64,000 nucleotides of DNA from a virus (Duplodnaviria > Heunggongvirae > Uroviricota > Caudoviricetes), in IMG/VR virus record IMGVR_UViG_3300031994_000001, positions 349,022-413,021 of that record; one strand, given 5' to 3'. The translations under genes and the position numbers were made by a program. The notes below the pieces were generated by a model, which had not been told where the DNA came from, searched no databases, and saw nothing but the letters and a program-made list of their open reading frames with translations. Positions within the stretch are counted from its first letter, which is position 1; each line of letters begins with the position of its first letter. Shown piece after piece: positions 19,620 through 29,384 of the stretch.

Positions 19620-20174
19620 TTAAAGATTGAATACTTTGATTACATCGGTCAGATAGTCGCAGCGCACAATCTGCTCGCAGCCGCCAAGCGTGCGGACATC
19701 AATGCCTCTGTTGTACGGTGCTGAAATCAGAATACCGAACTTTGCGTCAACCCCTTGGAATTTCTTGGGATTGTCGTCAATGAAAAATTCAAGCCTGCCG
19801 AATCTGTTTTTGTCGTGCAGGAAACACAAATCGTCAAACTTGAACCCGTTTTTGGTGAGCCATTCAATAGTGTGTACCTTCTGCGCAACATTGGGCTGCG
19901 TGGTAAGCACAACGACATCGTGCCTTGACACGAGTTCGTTGAACGCCTCTCTCGCCCCCTTGATTACGGGCGCGTCAAAAAACAGTTCCTTGACGTGCTT
20001 TCTGAAAAAGAAGTCGTCAGCATCGTCAACCAACGGGAAAGACTTTTTCAAATCATAGTGAACGACATCATCCATAGTTTTGTTGTCGTTGTATTCCCTA
20101 TTGTAAACTTCGACAGCGGCGAGGGTGAAATCCCTCAACACACCGTCAACATCTATGCCAATTCTCTGTCTCAT
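19620..20174 (-). CDS. 5'(3')-deoxyribonucleotidase (HAD family, NT5C-like)
   Basis: IGIDVDGVLRD, VVLTT, FIDDNP HAD motifs. Confidence 0.85.
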   Translation of the reverse strand: MRQRIGIDVDGVLRDFTLAAVEVYNREYNDNKTMDDVVHYDLKKSFPLVDDADDFFFRKHVKELFFDAPVIKGAREAFNELVSRHDVVVLTTQPNVAQKVHTIEWLTKNGFKFDDLCFLHDKNRFGRLEFFIDDNPKKFQGVDAKFGILISAPYNRGIDVRTLGGCEQIVRCDYLTDVIKVFNL

Positions 20175-20366
20175 AATTTTTTATTTGAAAAAAGCACACA
20201 AGAACCAAAATCAATTACCTTATCACAATGCAATTCGTCAAGTTTGCTGAAAGGTTCTTTATCGTGCAACGAGGAACTGTGTTGTCTCTGCATTTTAGAT
20301 ACAATGGAATCGCTGCGTGTTCCTCTGTAAAGTTAATATAATAAAAATAACGGAAAAATGATTGTC

Positions 20367-21521
20367 TTATCTGCAATAAATTTTACGTTCAAGCAGTTCA
20401 CCAAACTCCGTGTCGTAAACCACATAGTATTGGCAAGGCTCTTCGTATGAGAAACCGTTTGACATAGCAAACGTGTTGTAACCTATGATACTGCCGTTCA
20501 CCGCCGCATTCGGAATTGATGTGTATGAATGGAAGTGACCGAGGAAGATTCTGTCTTGGTCGAATGTGTTGTTCCATTTAAGGCTCAATCTGTTTAAAGC
20601 GGGGTAGATTCCGCACACCGTTCCCGTTCCGCTGCCGCGTATCTGATAGCCGTGGCAGAAAATGAAGCGTCTGTTGTCATCCGTGTCAACAATTGCAAGT
20701 TCACTATCGGGTATGTTGAACTCAATGGGGAGTTTAGCACCGCTGCAATATTTCTCAATGTTCTTATACATCAGCCACTCATAACTCATCTTTACGGCGT
20801 TTGCGTGCTGAATCTTCTTTGTCGTGCGGGAGTGGTTGCCAACAATGCCGATAAACTGAATCTGCTTCAGTTTGGTGTTATTGCAGAGGAAGTCCAAACC
20901 GCTGATGATGAGGTTCTGCGCAACCCAAGTCGCTTCAAGCGGGGAAAGCCCGTTTGTCTGCGCGAGTTCATCGTGGATGTATCCGCTGATGGTGTCGCCC
21001 AAACTTGCGAAGATAAGACGCTCAACCCCGTCCGTGTTCAAACAAGCGGCAAGGTTGTCAAAGTAACGCTCAATCCTCTGCTTTGCGACTTCAATGTTGT
21101 ACTCATTCTTTCCGAGAACGGAATCCGCCGTAACGGTTTCCTCAATATGCACATCGGAAAAAAGGGCGATTGCATACCGTCTTCCCGCAACACGGTTTTT
21201 TGCCTTGAACTCGAATTTCTCGAAAGGCAATGATTCAACATCCTTGAATTTTTTGAAGTTCTGAAATTCGGGGTCGTTGATTAACGCCTCCATTTCAGCG
21301 TTTTTATCGTTTTCTTCAGCAGATATTTGCTTCGGAATAGGATTCTTGAATGTGTATGTCACGCCATTGTACTTGTAAAACCCGTTCAGTTTCAATGTGT
21401 CTGCAATACCATCACGGTTCTTGTGAATGTGCTTGGAAAGTTTCCGTATGCTCGGATATTCGCTTCCGTCACTTCCGACAATGACCGAACACACGTTCCG
21501 TTTGATTTCAAAATTATTCAT
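20367..21521 (-). CDS. Calcineurin-like metallophosphoesterase with N-terminal DNA-binding-like segment
   Basis: FSDVH, LGD, GNHSR, CHG, GHFH motifs. Confidence 0.8.
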   Translation of the reverse strand: MNNFEIKRNVCSVIVGSDGSEYPSIRKLSKHIHKNRDGIADTLKLNGFYKYNGVTYTFKNPIPKQISAEENDKNAEMEALINDPEFQNFKKFKDVESLPFEKFEFKAKNRVAGRRYAIALFSDVHIEETVTADSVLGKNEYNIEVAKQRIERYFDNLAACLNTDGVERLIFASLGDTISGYIHDELAQTNGLSPLEATWVAQNLIISGLDFLCNNTKLKQIQFIGIVGNHSRTTKKIQHANAVKMSYEWLMYKNIEKYCSGAKLPIEFNIPDSELAIVDTDDNRRFIFCHGYQIRGSGTGTVCGIYPALNRLSLKWNNTFDQDRIFLGHFHSYTSIPNAAVNGSIIGYNTFAMSNGFSYEEPCQYYVVYDTEFGELLERKIYCR

Positions 21522-21570
21522 ATCTATGTTTTGTTTATTAGTATTCGTATATATAACTTATGTATATGAG

Positions 21571-22290
21571 TTAAAACAGTTTCCGTTCCGAACTGTGCAG
21601 TTCAATTCCAGCACGCTCGTTTGATATGCGGCAGTATTCGGCATCCAACTCGAACCCTATGAACCTGCGCTTGCAACTTGCCGCCGCGACAGCCGTAGTG
21701 CCACTGCCCATAAACGGGTCAAGCACAATCTCATCTTCAATCGAACTGCACTTGATAAGCGTCTGCATAAGACCAACGGGCTTTTGCGAATTGTGCAGGT
21801 TAGTCCCGTCAGCGTTCTTTTCCTTTATGTTCGGGAACGACAAAAGGTCGGAAACCCCGCAATCGTTTATCGGTTTTCCCGCACCTTTCCTCAAAAAGAA
21901 AATATGTTCAACCTGCCCCATATAGTATGTGCCGCATATCTTCGTCTCCTTATCCCACACAAGCAGTTTGACAAAATGAAAACCGCTCTGCGAAATAACG
22001 TCAAAGAAATGCGGCAAATTGATATTATTGCACATAATGTAGCAATGCGAGTTCGGTTTGAGTATGCGGTAAAATTCGGGCAGGTATTCCTCTATGTCAA
22101 TGGCATCGTGTTCAAACACCTTGCCCCTGCGCTTCATATCGCTCGCCCAATTACCGCTCATAGTACCCATACTTCCCTTCTGCGTCAACTTGTACGGAGG
22201 GTCTGTGACTATGAGGTCTATGCTGCCATCGGGTATGAACTGCATACCCTTGAGACAATCCATATTATATGTCTTATTCAGTTCAAGCAT
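21571..22290 (-). CDS. DNA N6-adenine/N4-cytosine methyltransferase (beta class)
   Basis: TDPPY...HNSQKP...LDPFMGSGTT. Confidence 0.9.
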   Translation of the reverse strand: MLELNKTYNMDCLKGMQFIPDGSIDLIVTDPPYKLTQKGSMGTMSGNWASDMKRRGKVFEHDAIDIEEYLPEFYRILKPNSHCYIMCNNINLPHFFDVISQSGFHFVKLLVWDKETKICGTYYMGQVEHIFFLRKGAGKPINDCGVSDLLSFPNIKEKNADGTNLHNSQKPVGLMQTLIKCSSIEDEIVLDPFMGSGTTAVAAASCKRRFIGFELDAEYCRISNERAGIELHSSERKLF

Positions 22291-22352
22291 CAACTATATA
22301 TAATAAAATTTCAATATTTTAGAATAAAGTCTTGCATTTTTCTTTCAAACCG

Positions 22353-22466
22353 TCAATAAATGTCAACGAATCGGTTGACATTTTTAGAAAACAGAGGCAC
22401 TATCTGTCCGAGCAACTTGTACTTGTTGCCCGTGTAGTTTATGGGGCTTTTGATATAATCGCTCAT
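22353..22466 (-). pseudogene. Truncated 37-codon paralog of the adjacent Dam-like methyltransferase
   Basis: Translates MSDYIKSPINYTGNKYKLLGQIVPLFSKNVNRFVDIY*, versus MGGYIKSPINYTGNKYKLLGQIVPLLPKRIGSFVDVF. Confidence 0.8.
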
Positions 22467-22469
22467 ATT

Positions 22470-23339
22470 CTAAAACAGTGACTTTTTGTTGTTCGCAGGC
22501 AACTCGAAATTTGTAACAAACACCTCGTCATCTTCAGAATCCTTATCAGTCTTGTGATATGACGAATTGTTGTACTTGCTTCCGAGATGGTATGTCTTAT
22601 ATTTTTCACACAGTTTTTCAAGTATCGGATTACCGTATTTGAGATTGTTCGACACACCGAACCAAACTCCACGGGAATCAAGTTTGTCTATGACATCCGC
22701 AAGCGTCTTTTCCTGCTCCTCCGTCCACCCGTTTTTCTCATTATAAACCGCAACGCTTCCAAGATACGGCGGGTCGAAATAAACGAAATCGCCATCGCCG
22801 AACATTGAATAGTCAAATCGGTCAAAAGACAGATTGAAGCAGGAGACCTCCTTGTCGGAAATCCTCATTTTCATATTCAATATGTTATCCCTCTGCACAT
22901 CACTGAAGCAGGAACGGTTCTTTCCGAAAGGCATATTGAATTTGCCGTTGTTTCCGAAACGACCCTGCGAATTGAATGCGTAGCAGCAGAGAACATACAG
23001 AGTGACCCAATCCTTGCGACCGCTATTGTAATCGTCCCTTAACTTGGCATAGCCTTCCTCGTTTGTTTTCGTGAGTCCGTACTCTTCAATAACACCATCA
23101 ACACGAAGTATGATTTCCTCATAACACGTTTCAACAAACCCGCGAAACATATCATACACATACTTTGCATACTCGTTGTAAACCAATCGGCGTGCGGGCG
23201 CGTTCAAAACAACAGTACCGCTGCCGCCGAACACATCGACAAACGAACCTATGCGTTTCGGCAGTAGCGGTACTATCTGACCCAAGAGTTTGTATTTGTT
23301 GCCCGTATAGTTTATGGGGCTTTTGATATAACCGCCCAT
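22470..23339 (-). CDS. Dam-family (D12 class) DNA adenine methyltransferase
   Basis: SPINYTGNK, DVFGGSG, GKFNMPFG, YFDPPY; ATG at 23339. Confidence 0.9.
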   Translation of the reverse strand: MGGYIKSPINYTGNKYKLLGQIVPLLPKRIGSFVDVFGGSGTVVLNAPARRLVYNEYAKYVYDMFRGFVETCYEEIILRVDGVIEEYGLTKTNEEGYAKLRDDYNSGRKDWVTLYVLCCYAFNSQGRFGNNGKFNMPFGKNRSCFSDVQRDNILNMKMRISDKEVSCFNLSFDRFDYSMFGDGDFVYFDPPYLGSVAVYNEKNGWTEEQEKTLADVIDKLDSRGVWFGVSNNLKYGNPILEKLCEKYKTYHLGSKYNNSSYHKTDKDSEDDEVFVTNFELPANNKKSLF

Positions 23340-23343
23340 TTGA

Positions 23344-24036
23344 TTACAGTTTAACGGCAAGATGGGTGTTTCGGTCAATCCACTTCTCCAATATGGTATA
23401 TCCCAATGATTCAAGGAAACCGAATGTATTGTCGTGTCTTTCCTGCGACATACCGAACACGCCGACATCAAAACACTCGAACACTATCGGCGGGAATTCG
23501 TTTCTCTTTATGGTTTTCTTCGCACCGCACAAAACCTCGTATTCGTGATTTTCGACATCAATCTTTATCATACCGATATTTTTCAAGCGAAAACTGTCAA
23601 GCGTGCGGGTTTTCACAACACAAGAATCGTCACCGTCTTTTATGGCAAACCCGTCAAACTTGACCTTTTTCCTCGAATCAGACAAAACCTCTTGGAAGAT
23701 GTCAATGTCATACACCCGTTCCCACAGCAAAGCATTGGCGCAAAGAGCAAACGCGCTTTCCTTGTTAGGCTCGAATGCGTATGCGTGTGAAAACTGGGTC
23801 AACCAACAATACTCACCAAGGTCTGCCCCGATGTCAATTATGCTTTTCGAGAAATCGAAATATCCGTCCTCATTGCGGTTTATCTTGTTAATGCCGTCAA
23901 CTTCAAGACAAAGCGGAGTTGGGTATGCGGCAGGGTAGTTGCTCTCCAACTGCTCAACATCCCAATCCCGTAAAATGATTGACTTTTTCGGTATGTTTAC
24001 GGGATACTCGTTGTACTTTTTATAATATAATTCCAT
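23344..24036 (-). CDS. FkbM-family SAM-dependent methyltransferase
   Basis: IDIGADLG, AFEPN, TLDSF, IKIDVENHE. Confidence 0.85.
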   Translation of the reverse strand: MELYYKKYNEYPVNIPKKSIILRDWDVEQLESNYPAAYPTPLCLEVDGINKINRNEDGYFDFSKSIIDIGADLGEYCWLTQFSHAYAFEPNKESAFALCANALLWERVYDIDIFQEVLSDSRKKVKFDGFAIKDGDDSCVVKTRTLDSFRLKNIGMIKIDVENHEYEVLCGAKKTIKRNEFPPIVFECFDVGVFGMSQERHDNTFGFLESLGYTILEKWIDRNTHLAVKL

Positions 24037-24048
24037 AGATGTTAATGT

Positions 24049-24447
24049 TTACAATTCAAAATAAGAGCGCACCGTGTCGTGTATCGCCGCAAGGCAGGCG
24101 TTAAGTTTGTCAATGTAAACGAACCTGCTGTCAATGTCGAACTTCGCGTCCTTCCAAGCGATTCGGTAAGTGACAGATGTCTCGATGTGCGTCCCCTCGG
24201 ACTTGAAGTCCGTTGTCGGCTTGTTCATAACCTCATATTCATTGGTTATGATTCCAGTGATTTTTCCTTTCGACACGGTGACTACATCGTTCACGTCATC
24301 GTAACACTTGAAATAAACGGTGTCTCCGATTGACAGTTCGTGCCAACCGAACTTGTTGTTCGTCTGCGTGTCTTTGATTGCATTGTCGCCCGCCTCCAAA
24401 ATGGCGCGGAGCGCGTTTTCGGTTTTCTCGAATTTCTTATTGTCCAT
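24049..24447 (-). CDS. Hypothetical protein
   Basis: ORF in operon. Confidence 0.7.
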   Translation of the reverse strand: MDNKKFEKTENALRAILEAGDNAIKDTQTNNKFGWHELSIGDTVYFKCYDDVNDVVTVSKGKITGIITNEYEVMNKPTTDFKSEGTHIETSVTYRIAWKDAKFDIDSRFVYIDKLNACLAAIHDTVRSYFEL

Positions 24448-25489
24448 TTATAAGTTTTTTTGCTATTTTCTTGATGTTAGCCTTCACTTTGTCATCGTAT
24501 TCAAGAACATTGTCAACATATTTGTCAAGCATATCCTCAATGCTGACACACTCACTCATACTGACTTTCGGCATATCAATGGTCGCCGTGCCTTTCTTCG
24601 GCAGAAAGTTTATGTTGTAAATGTCTGAATTGTTGTTTATGTATGCGTAGATTTTGTGGAAACTCAATTTGGACAGCAAGTCGGAGTCAACCATAATCTC
24701 AATGTACTTCCGCTTGCAGAAATCCTTGAACTCACCCATAGGGAGTTCCTTGACTTCATCGTAATCAACCCGCATAAACTGCGGGGATATTTTGTTTTCA
24801 TAAAACACCTCGTCACCACTGTCAGTAAGACACATAACGCCACGTGTGTTGTCACGGTCGTTCTGCGACATCTGATAGGGTGAACCCACATACACCACAT
24901 TCTTGTATTTCTGTCTGTGGTGAATGTGACCCGAATAGATACGACAACTGACATCAGTGTTCTCCAACTTGATTTTGGATTCGGACTTGGTTCCAGAGGC
25001 GTTCATTGTGACACCGAAGAAATCGGCGTGGCAAACAAGGAAGTCGGAATCCGACATATCCTCCAAAATCTCGGTGAACTCATCTGTTCCGTTCACCCAC
25101 GGAATCATACCGACATTCTTCGTGCCGAGCAGAAAATTCTGCGGCTCTTTCACAACCTCAACATTCGGAACGTATTTCAAACAGTCAATTGAAGTGATGT
25201 CGTTGCTGTCGTTCTCATAGGCATCGTGGTTGCCGCAAAGAACATAGACCTTGGAAAAAATCCTGCCAAGACGCTCAAACACGCCCATAGCGAGGTTCAT
25301 TGTGGAAAGCCCGACAGTCTGTCTGTTGTCGAAAACATCCCCGCAATGTATGAGTATGTCACCGCGTTTCACCTTGCTCTCAAAGAGAGGAAACACGAAT
25401 TTGTCGAAGCACTCTCTGAAATGCCCCTCCCAAACCTTTGAATTGTTTTTAAGACCGAAGTGGGTGTCTGAAATGAGCCAAATGTTCAT
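24437..25489 (-). CDS. Recombination endonuclease subunit, T4 gp47 / SbcD / Mre11-like
   Basis: SDTHFG, GDVFDNR, GNHD, CHADF, SGHIH, YVGSPYQ. Confidence 0.9.
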   Translation of the reverse strand: MNIWLISDTHFGLKNNSKVWEGHFRECFDKFVFPLFESKVKRGDILIHCGDVFDNRQTVGLSTMNLAMGVFERLGRIFSKVYVLCGNHDAYENDSNDITSIDCLKYVPNVEVVKEPQNFLLGTKNVGMIPWVNGTDEFTEILEDMSDSDFLVCHADFFGVTMNASGTKSESKIKLENTDVSCRIYSGHIHHRQKYKNVVYVGSPYQMSQNDRDNTRGVMCLTDSGDEVFYENKISPQFMRVDYDEVKELPMGEFKDFCKRKYIEIMVDSDLLSKLSFHKIYAYINNNSDIYNINFLPKKGTATIDMPKVSMSECVSIEDMLDKYVDNVLEYDDKVKANIKKIAKKLINGQ

Positions 25490-25975
25490 TTAGAAAAGTT
25501 TTGTCCACCCGTCATCGCAGACGAGCAGGTTGTTCAACAATGATTTGTTTGTCGTATATCTTGAAAGTTCCTCATAGAGTTTCACCTTCGCGCCGTTTGG
25601 CAGGTCTTTGATGACTACTTCATATTTCAGATTGAAGTAATCACAATAGATAAGCAAGATATTGCTCAATGAGGTGACATTCTTGAACACACCGTAGATT
25701 TTCAAGAGGTTCATCGGTATGTCCGCTATGCCGAGTTTGCGTGAATCCACGTTGAAAATATCGTTACAGTCGCGTATATCCATAGTTTTGATATACTTGA
25801 CAACGCTATCCTCAATCTCGTCAACAACACCGCCATAGTCATTCACGGCGAACACATCCATATCCTCCGCCATAACGCGCTTCATTGAGGATATGCTGTC
25901 CGCTTCTGCATAGGAATCCTTGTCGTTGTTGTAATAGATTCCGCGAAGTTTGTTTACGTCAATTCGTTTTCCCAT
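25490..25975 (-). CDS. Hypothetical protein
   Basis: 161-aa ORF; no intein-C or helicase motifs seen. Confidence 0.7.
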   Translation of the reverse strand: MGKRIDVNKLRGIYYNNDKDSYAEADSISSMKRVMAEDMDVFAVNDYGGVVDEIEDSVVKYIKTMDIRDCNDIFNVDSRKLGIADIPMNLLKIYGVFKNVTSLSNILLIYCDYFNLKYEVVIKDLPNGAKVKLYEELSRYTTNKSLLNNLLVCDDGWTKLF

Positions 25976-26069
25976 TTTCTATCATTTTGAAAAAGTCACC
26001 GATGGGTATCTTCATAGTCTGACCCGTCTTTTTGTTACGCACGCAAATTTCCGATTCGGCGCAGACGCA
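25959..26069 (-). mobile_element. Atypically short split intein N-fragment (36 aa)
   Basis: CVCAESEICVRNKKTGQTMKIPIGDFFKMIENGKTN: Cys1 plus block-A pattern at the classic P-loop GK|S insertion site. Confidence 0.8.
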
Positions 26070-26657
26070 TTTTCCTATGTTAGACTGACCCACGTAACAC
26101 ACAAGCGTTTTCTCGTCATAGCCGCCCGTAAGCGTATCCATATATTTATAGCCGCTGCGGATTTTCTTGCTCGTGTCTTGGTAGTGGGAATCGGGGTTGA
26201 AAAAGTCCAAGCCCTCATCAAAGTTGAAGTTGACCCCGCTCGAAGTGCCGACAGTATCAACAATACGCTGGACAACGGTGTCAACATTGTCTATGGTGAC
26301 ATTCGTCATCTTGGCGAACTCAATACTGTCAACAAGGTTCTTTTGGAGATACTTCCACTTAATCCAAGCCTCGGCAGTCTTTTTCAGCCACTCGCTATCG
26401 TAGTTGTCGGTGTCAATGCCATAGACGGTTGAGATAAGGTCGTCCTCAATCTCAATCTTGTCGCTGTCGTGAACCAACGCCTTCATCTGATTCTCCGTAG
26501 GCACTTCCTTGTATTTGTCATAGAAACGCTTTGCAATCAGAATGAGGGCGGAGAGCGTCTTGTTTGAAAAGAAACTCTTGTCAACGTGCTTGTAATATGT
26601 AGGGTTGTCCAAGATATACTTGAACACCACGCTTTCATTAGTCGTTACTTTCTCCAT
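25959..26657 (-). CDS. N-terminal half of T4 gp41/DnaB-like replicative helicase, fused to a split N-intein
   Basis: gp41-like N-domain, SGYKYMDTLTGG, Walker A GQSNIGK, immediately followed by CVCAESEICVR... and a stop 36 aa later. Confidence 0.85.
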   Translation of the reverse strand: MEKVTTNESVVFKYILDNPTYYKHVDKSFFSNKTLSALILIAKRFYDKYKEVPTENQMKALVHDSDKIEIEDDLISTVYGIDTDNYDSEWLKKTAEAWIKWKYLQKNLVDSIEFAKMTNVTIDNVDTVVQRIVDTVGTSSGVNFNFDEGLDFFNPDSHYQDTSKKIRSGYKYMDTLTGGYDEKTLVCYVGQSNIGKCVCAESEICVRNKKTGQTMKIPIGDFFKMIENGKTN

Positions 26658-26910
26658 CCCAAGGTGTATGCAATATGGTTATGTTATCGTCTTTCTTTTT
26701 CACAAACCCCCCGTCAGTGAGAACAAGGAGCAGTTCGTCCAATTTGTCGTAATCCAACTTCACGATGTCCGCCAACTTGTCGTATTTGAATTTCTGACCG
26801 CAAAGGGAAACCATATCGTACAACAAGTCGCACGCGGTCGGGTAGGTTTCCTCATATTGATAAGTTCCCGTTATGTACTTAACGGGAACTTTATTGTAGT
26901 CTATATTCAT
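26638..26910 (-). CDS. Hypothetical protein (possible winged helix)
   Basis: Short ORF coupled between uvsX and the helicase. Confidence 0.65.
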   Translation of the reverse strand: MNIDYNKVPVKYITGTYQYEETYPTACDLLYDMVSLCGQKFKYDKLADIVKLDYDKLDELLLVLTDGGFVKKKDDNITILHTPWDGESND

Positions 26911-28148
26911 TAGTCGGAAAGTTGGTCTTTGATAAGGTCGTCAATATCGGGCTTCATATCGCCCTCGTCTTCCAAAATCGTTTCGATTTCGTCATTGGTG
27001 TTGCTGTCGCTGTAAGCGAATATGCCGTGGATTACATTGTCGTCAAGTCGTTTAAGCGCATTCTCATTCCACACTTTCGCGGAGCAGACTTCAGCCCACT
27101 TGAACGGCTCTAACTGATAGTCGGTGCAAATATTCCTGCCGCTGTCTGACGGTTGGAAGTATGTGTTTTTGTCAAGCGGGTGTTGGCGGCATTTCTCCTT
27201 TTCGGCTTCACCGAGTTTTTCATACTCTTTCGCCGTGATGAACTTGCCCCTGCCGATACCGCAGGCATCCCAACTCATATATTCCTGCAAACCGACAAAC
27301 TTGTTCATACCCTTTTGGAACGAGATATGGAACTTCACGACTGTCGGAACGCAGAAACGGTTTTTCTGCGGCTTCGCCGTAACAATGATACCCGTTTGGT
27401 CTGTACCCTCTTTCAGTTTAGCCTTCGACATATTGAGGATGATTGACGCACCGTACACAAGACCCGTGCCGCCGCTCTGAACATCTTGCGAATACAAGTC
27501 AAGCGTCTTGTAAATGTGGTTGGTGAAAACAAAAGTGCCGCCAATGATACCGAGTTTTGACATCATAATTCTGAACACGGATTTCATCATTTTGGCACGG
27601 CTCATATCAGCCTTGTCTGTGTATGCTTTCGCATCGTCAATTTCTTTCTGCGAGGCAAGGTTGCCCGCACTGTCAAGAGCGATAAACACCTTGGGGATTT
27701 CAAGACCCGCTTCCTTTTTCTCAATGAGACCGTCAAGGAATTTCGTGACGTGGCTTCTGAATCCCTGCACGGTCTGCACGGGTTCATACCACATAGTTTC
27801 GAGGTCAATGCCGAACTTCAAGGCGAGGTCTTCGTCAACGGCGTTCTCGCTGTCGTAGAACAAAACGAAATAACCTTTCTTCTGCGCTTCACGGCACATA
27901 TTGAGCAGCAGGTAGGTCTTGCCGCAACCGCTCTCGCCGCTCAAACAAATACTTCTGTTGTTCGGTATGCCTTTGAGCAGGCTTCCGCTCATACAAGCGT
28001 TGAGCAGGTAGTTGCCCGTTGAAATGTATTCCGTGATTTTCGACACGCCGCCGCCGTCTGACAACAGCGCACCGAACTTGGTGTTCTTACTCATTTCTTT
28101 CGTAAGGTCGGCGATTGAAAACACGCCGCTTTTTGTTTGTTTTGCCAT
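26910..28148 (-). CDS. uvsX: UvsX/RecA-like recombinase
   Basis: ISTGNYLLN, GESGCGKT, YDSENA, LDSAGNL, DMSRAK, TNHIY, SGG. Confidence 0.92.
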   Translation of the reverse strand: MAKQTKSGVFSIADLTKEMSKNTKFGALLSDGGGVSKITEYISTGNYLLNACMSGSLLKGIPNNRSICLSGESGCGKTYLLLNMCREAQKKGYFVLFYDSENAVDEDLALKFGIDLETMWYEPVQTVQGFRSHVTKFLDGLIEKKEAGLEIPKVFIALDSAGNLASQKEIDDAKAYTDKADMSRAKMMKSVFRIMMSKLGIIGGTFVFTNHIYKTLDLYSQDVQSGGTGLVYGASIILNMSKAKLKEGTDQTGIIVTAKPQKNRFCVPTVVKFHISFQKGMNKFVGLQEYMSWDACGIGRGKFITAKEYEKLGEAEKEKCRQHPLDKNTYFQPSDSGRNICTDYQLEPFKWAEVCSAKVWNENALKRLDDNVIHGIFAYSDSNTNDEIETILEDEGDMKPDIDDLIKDQLSD

Positions 28149-28174
28149 AGTGATAAAGTATTTTGGTTTATATT

Positions 28175-28489
28175 TTACAATAACTCATATTCTTCCATAT
28201 CGTCATCGTCATACTGTTCCTCAAACACGTGGTCTTGCTCCAACTCAACGAATTGGTCTTCGTATTCGTCCGTGATATAATCGTAAATCCGTCCGAAAAA
28301 CTCCATAACCGCATCCTTATCGCCGATAATGTTCAGCGGGCGGCGCGAGCGGCATTCGATACGAAGCGCATACTTGCTGCCTTCAATACCGCCGTCATTT
28401 TCGGTAACACTCACTCTCTGAATGTCGTTGTCTTCAATCTGAAGCATAACACCGTTTGGTGATTCTTTTGTTTTGTAACTTATCCACAT
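28175..28489 (-). CDS. Hypothetical protein with acidic tail
   Basis: First gene after the TTTTATTATATT motif. Confidence 0.7.
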   Translation of the reverse strand: MWISYKTKESPNGVMLQIEDNDIQRVSVTENDGGIEGSKYALRIECRSRRPLNIIGDKDAVMEFFGRIYDYITDEYEDQFVELEQDHVFEEQYDDDDMEEYELL

Positions 28490-28535
28490 AACTATCCTTT
28501 TTTTAAGTAATATAATAAAAAACTAATTTTTTCAT

Positions 28536-29384
28536 TCAAAACAAGCATCGTTTGCCGCAGCCCTTCAGATAAACGCTCTCGTGAACCACCAAATCCTTTC
28601 CGCCTGCCAAAATTCTGCTCAAAGAACTTTTGCCGCTTTGCAAATACTCGTGTCGGTCATACAGATAACGGGGAACTTCATACGTGATATTGTCACCGCC
28701 CCTAACACCGTCAAACGAAAGCGCATATCCACATTTCAACCCGTGCATCCACTCCCACAGCAAGTCATAGTCAATCGCCCCGTAATACATACCCCTTGTA
28801 CTTGCATATGGCGGGTCAAGATAAACAAAGTCGCCAACAGAAGGCTTTATCTCTTCATAAGAACAATGTCTGAACTCAACGTCATTCTCATTCAGCACAG
28901 AACTCCATTCCATAAGAACAGTCTCGAAATTCTGCGGTGTTATTCCGTCACGGGTAAGATGAAACGCCGCATTGAACTCACCGTTCAGATTATACCTCGG
29001 CAAGCCGTTTGTCACAGTCCGCATAATGAACATAAAGTCAAGCGGGTCTTTAGTCTCGTTATAACGAGAGCGAACCTTGTAAAAATAATTCTTCTTACCC
29101 TCAATGTCTTTTATAGCATATAATTCGTTCCAAAGTTTATCGTAGTGGGTGGCTACATCGTATGGTCTGTCCTTTATGGCGTTCCACAATGCAATCAGAC
29201 TTCCGTTCAAATCGCTGCACACATAACGACCGACCTTGTTACCGCTCGAAATAAGCCTGCGCATCACGGACGCTCCGCCACAGAACGGCTCATAGTAGGT
29301 CTCTATTTTCTTCGGAAAGAAGCCCACTATAATTTCCGCTTGGCTTCGCTTGCTTCCGCTCCACTTGATTATAGGCTCGAACAT
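28536..29384 (-). CDS. Dam-family DNA adenine methyltransferase
   Basis: IKWSGSK, YEPFCGGAS, RYNLNGEFN, YLDPPY. Confidence 0.9.
   Translation of the reverse strand: MFEPIIKWSGSKRSQAEIIVGFFPKKIETYYEPFCGGASVMRRLISSGNKVGRYVCSDLNGSLIALWNAIKDRPYDVATHYDKLWNELYAIKDIEGKKNYFYKVRSRYNETKDPLDFMFIMRTVTNGLPRYNLNGEFNAAFHLTRDGITPQNFETVLMEWSSVLNENDVEFRHCSYEEIKPSVGDFVYLDPPYASTRGMYYGAIDYDLLWEWMHGLKCGYALSFDGVRGGDNITYEVPRYLYDRHEYLQSGKSSLSRILAGGKDLVVHESVYLKGCGKRCLF

Noticed and set aside
20171-20293. Possible 40-aa ORF MQRQHSS... upstream of the nucleotidase
   Set aside because: Too short and featureless to support beyond its position
23340-23471. Extended N-terminus of the Dam-like ORF given in the track
   Set aside because: Overlaps the FkbM gene; the paralog stub supports the start at 23339
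25490-25975. Helicase C-terminal half or IntC reached by frameshift
   Set aside because: No Walker B or DnaB motifs and no intein C-terminal HN-S/T/C signature
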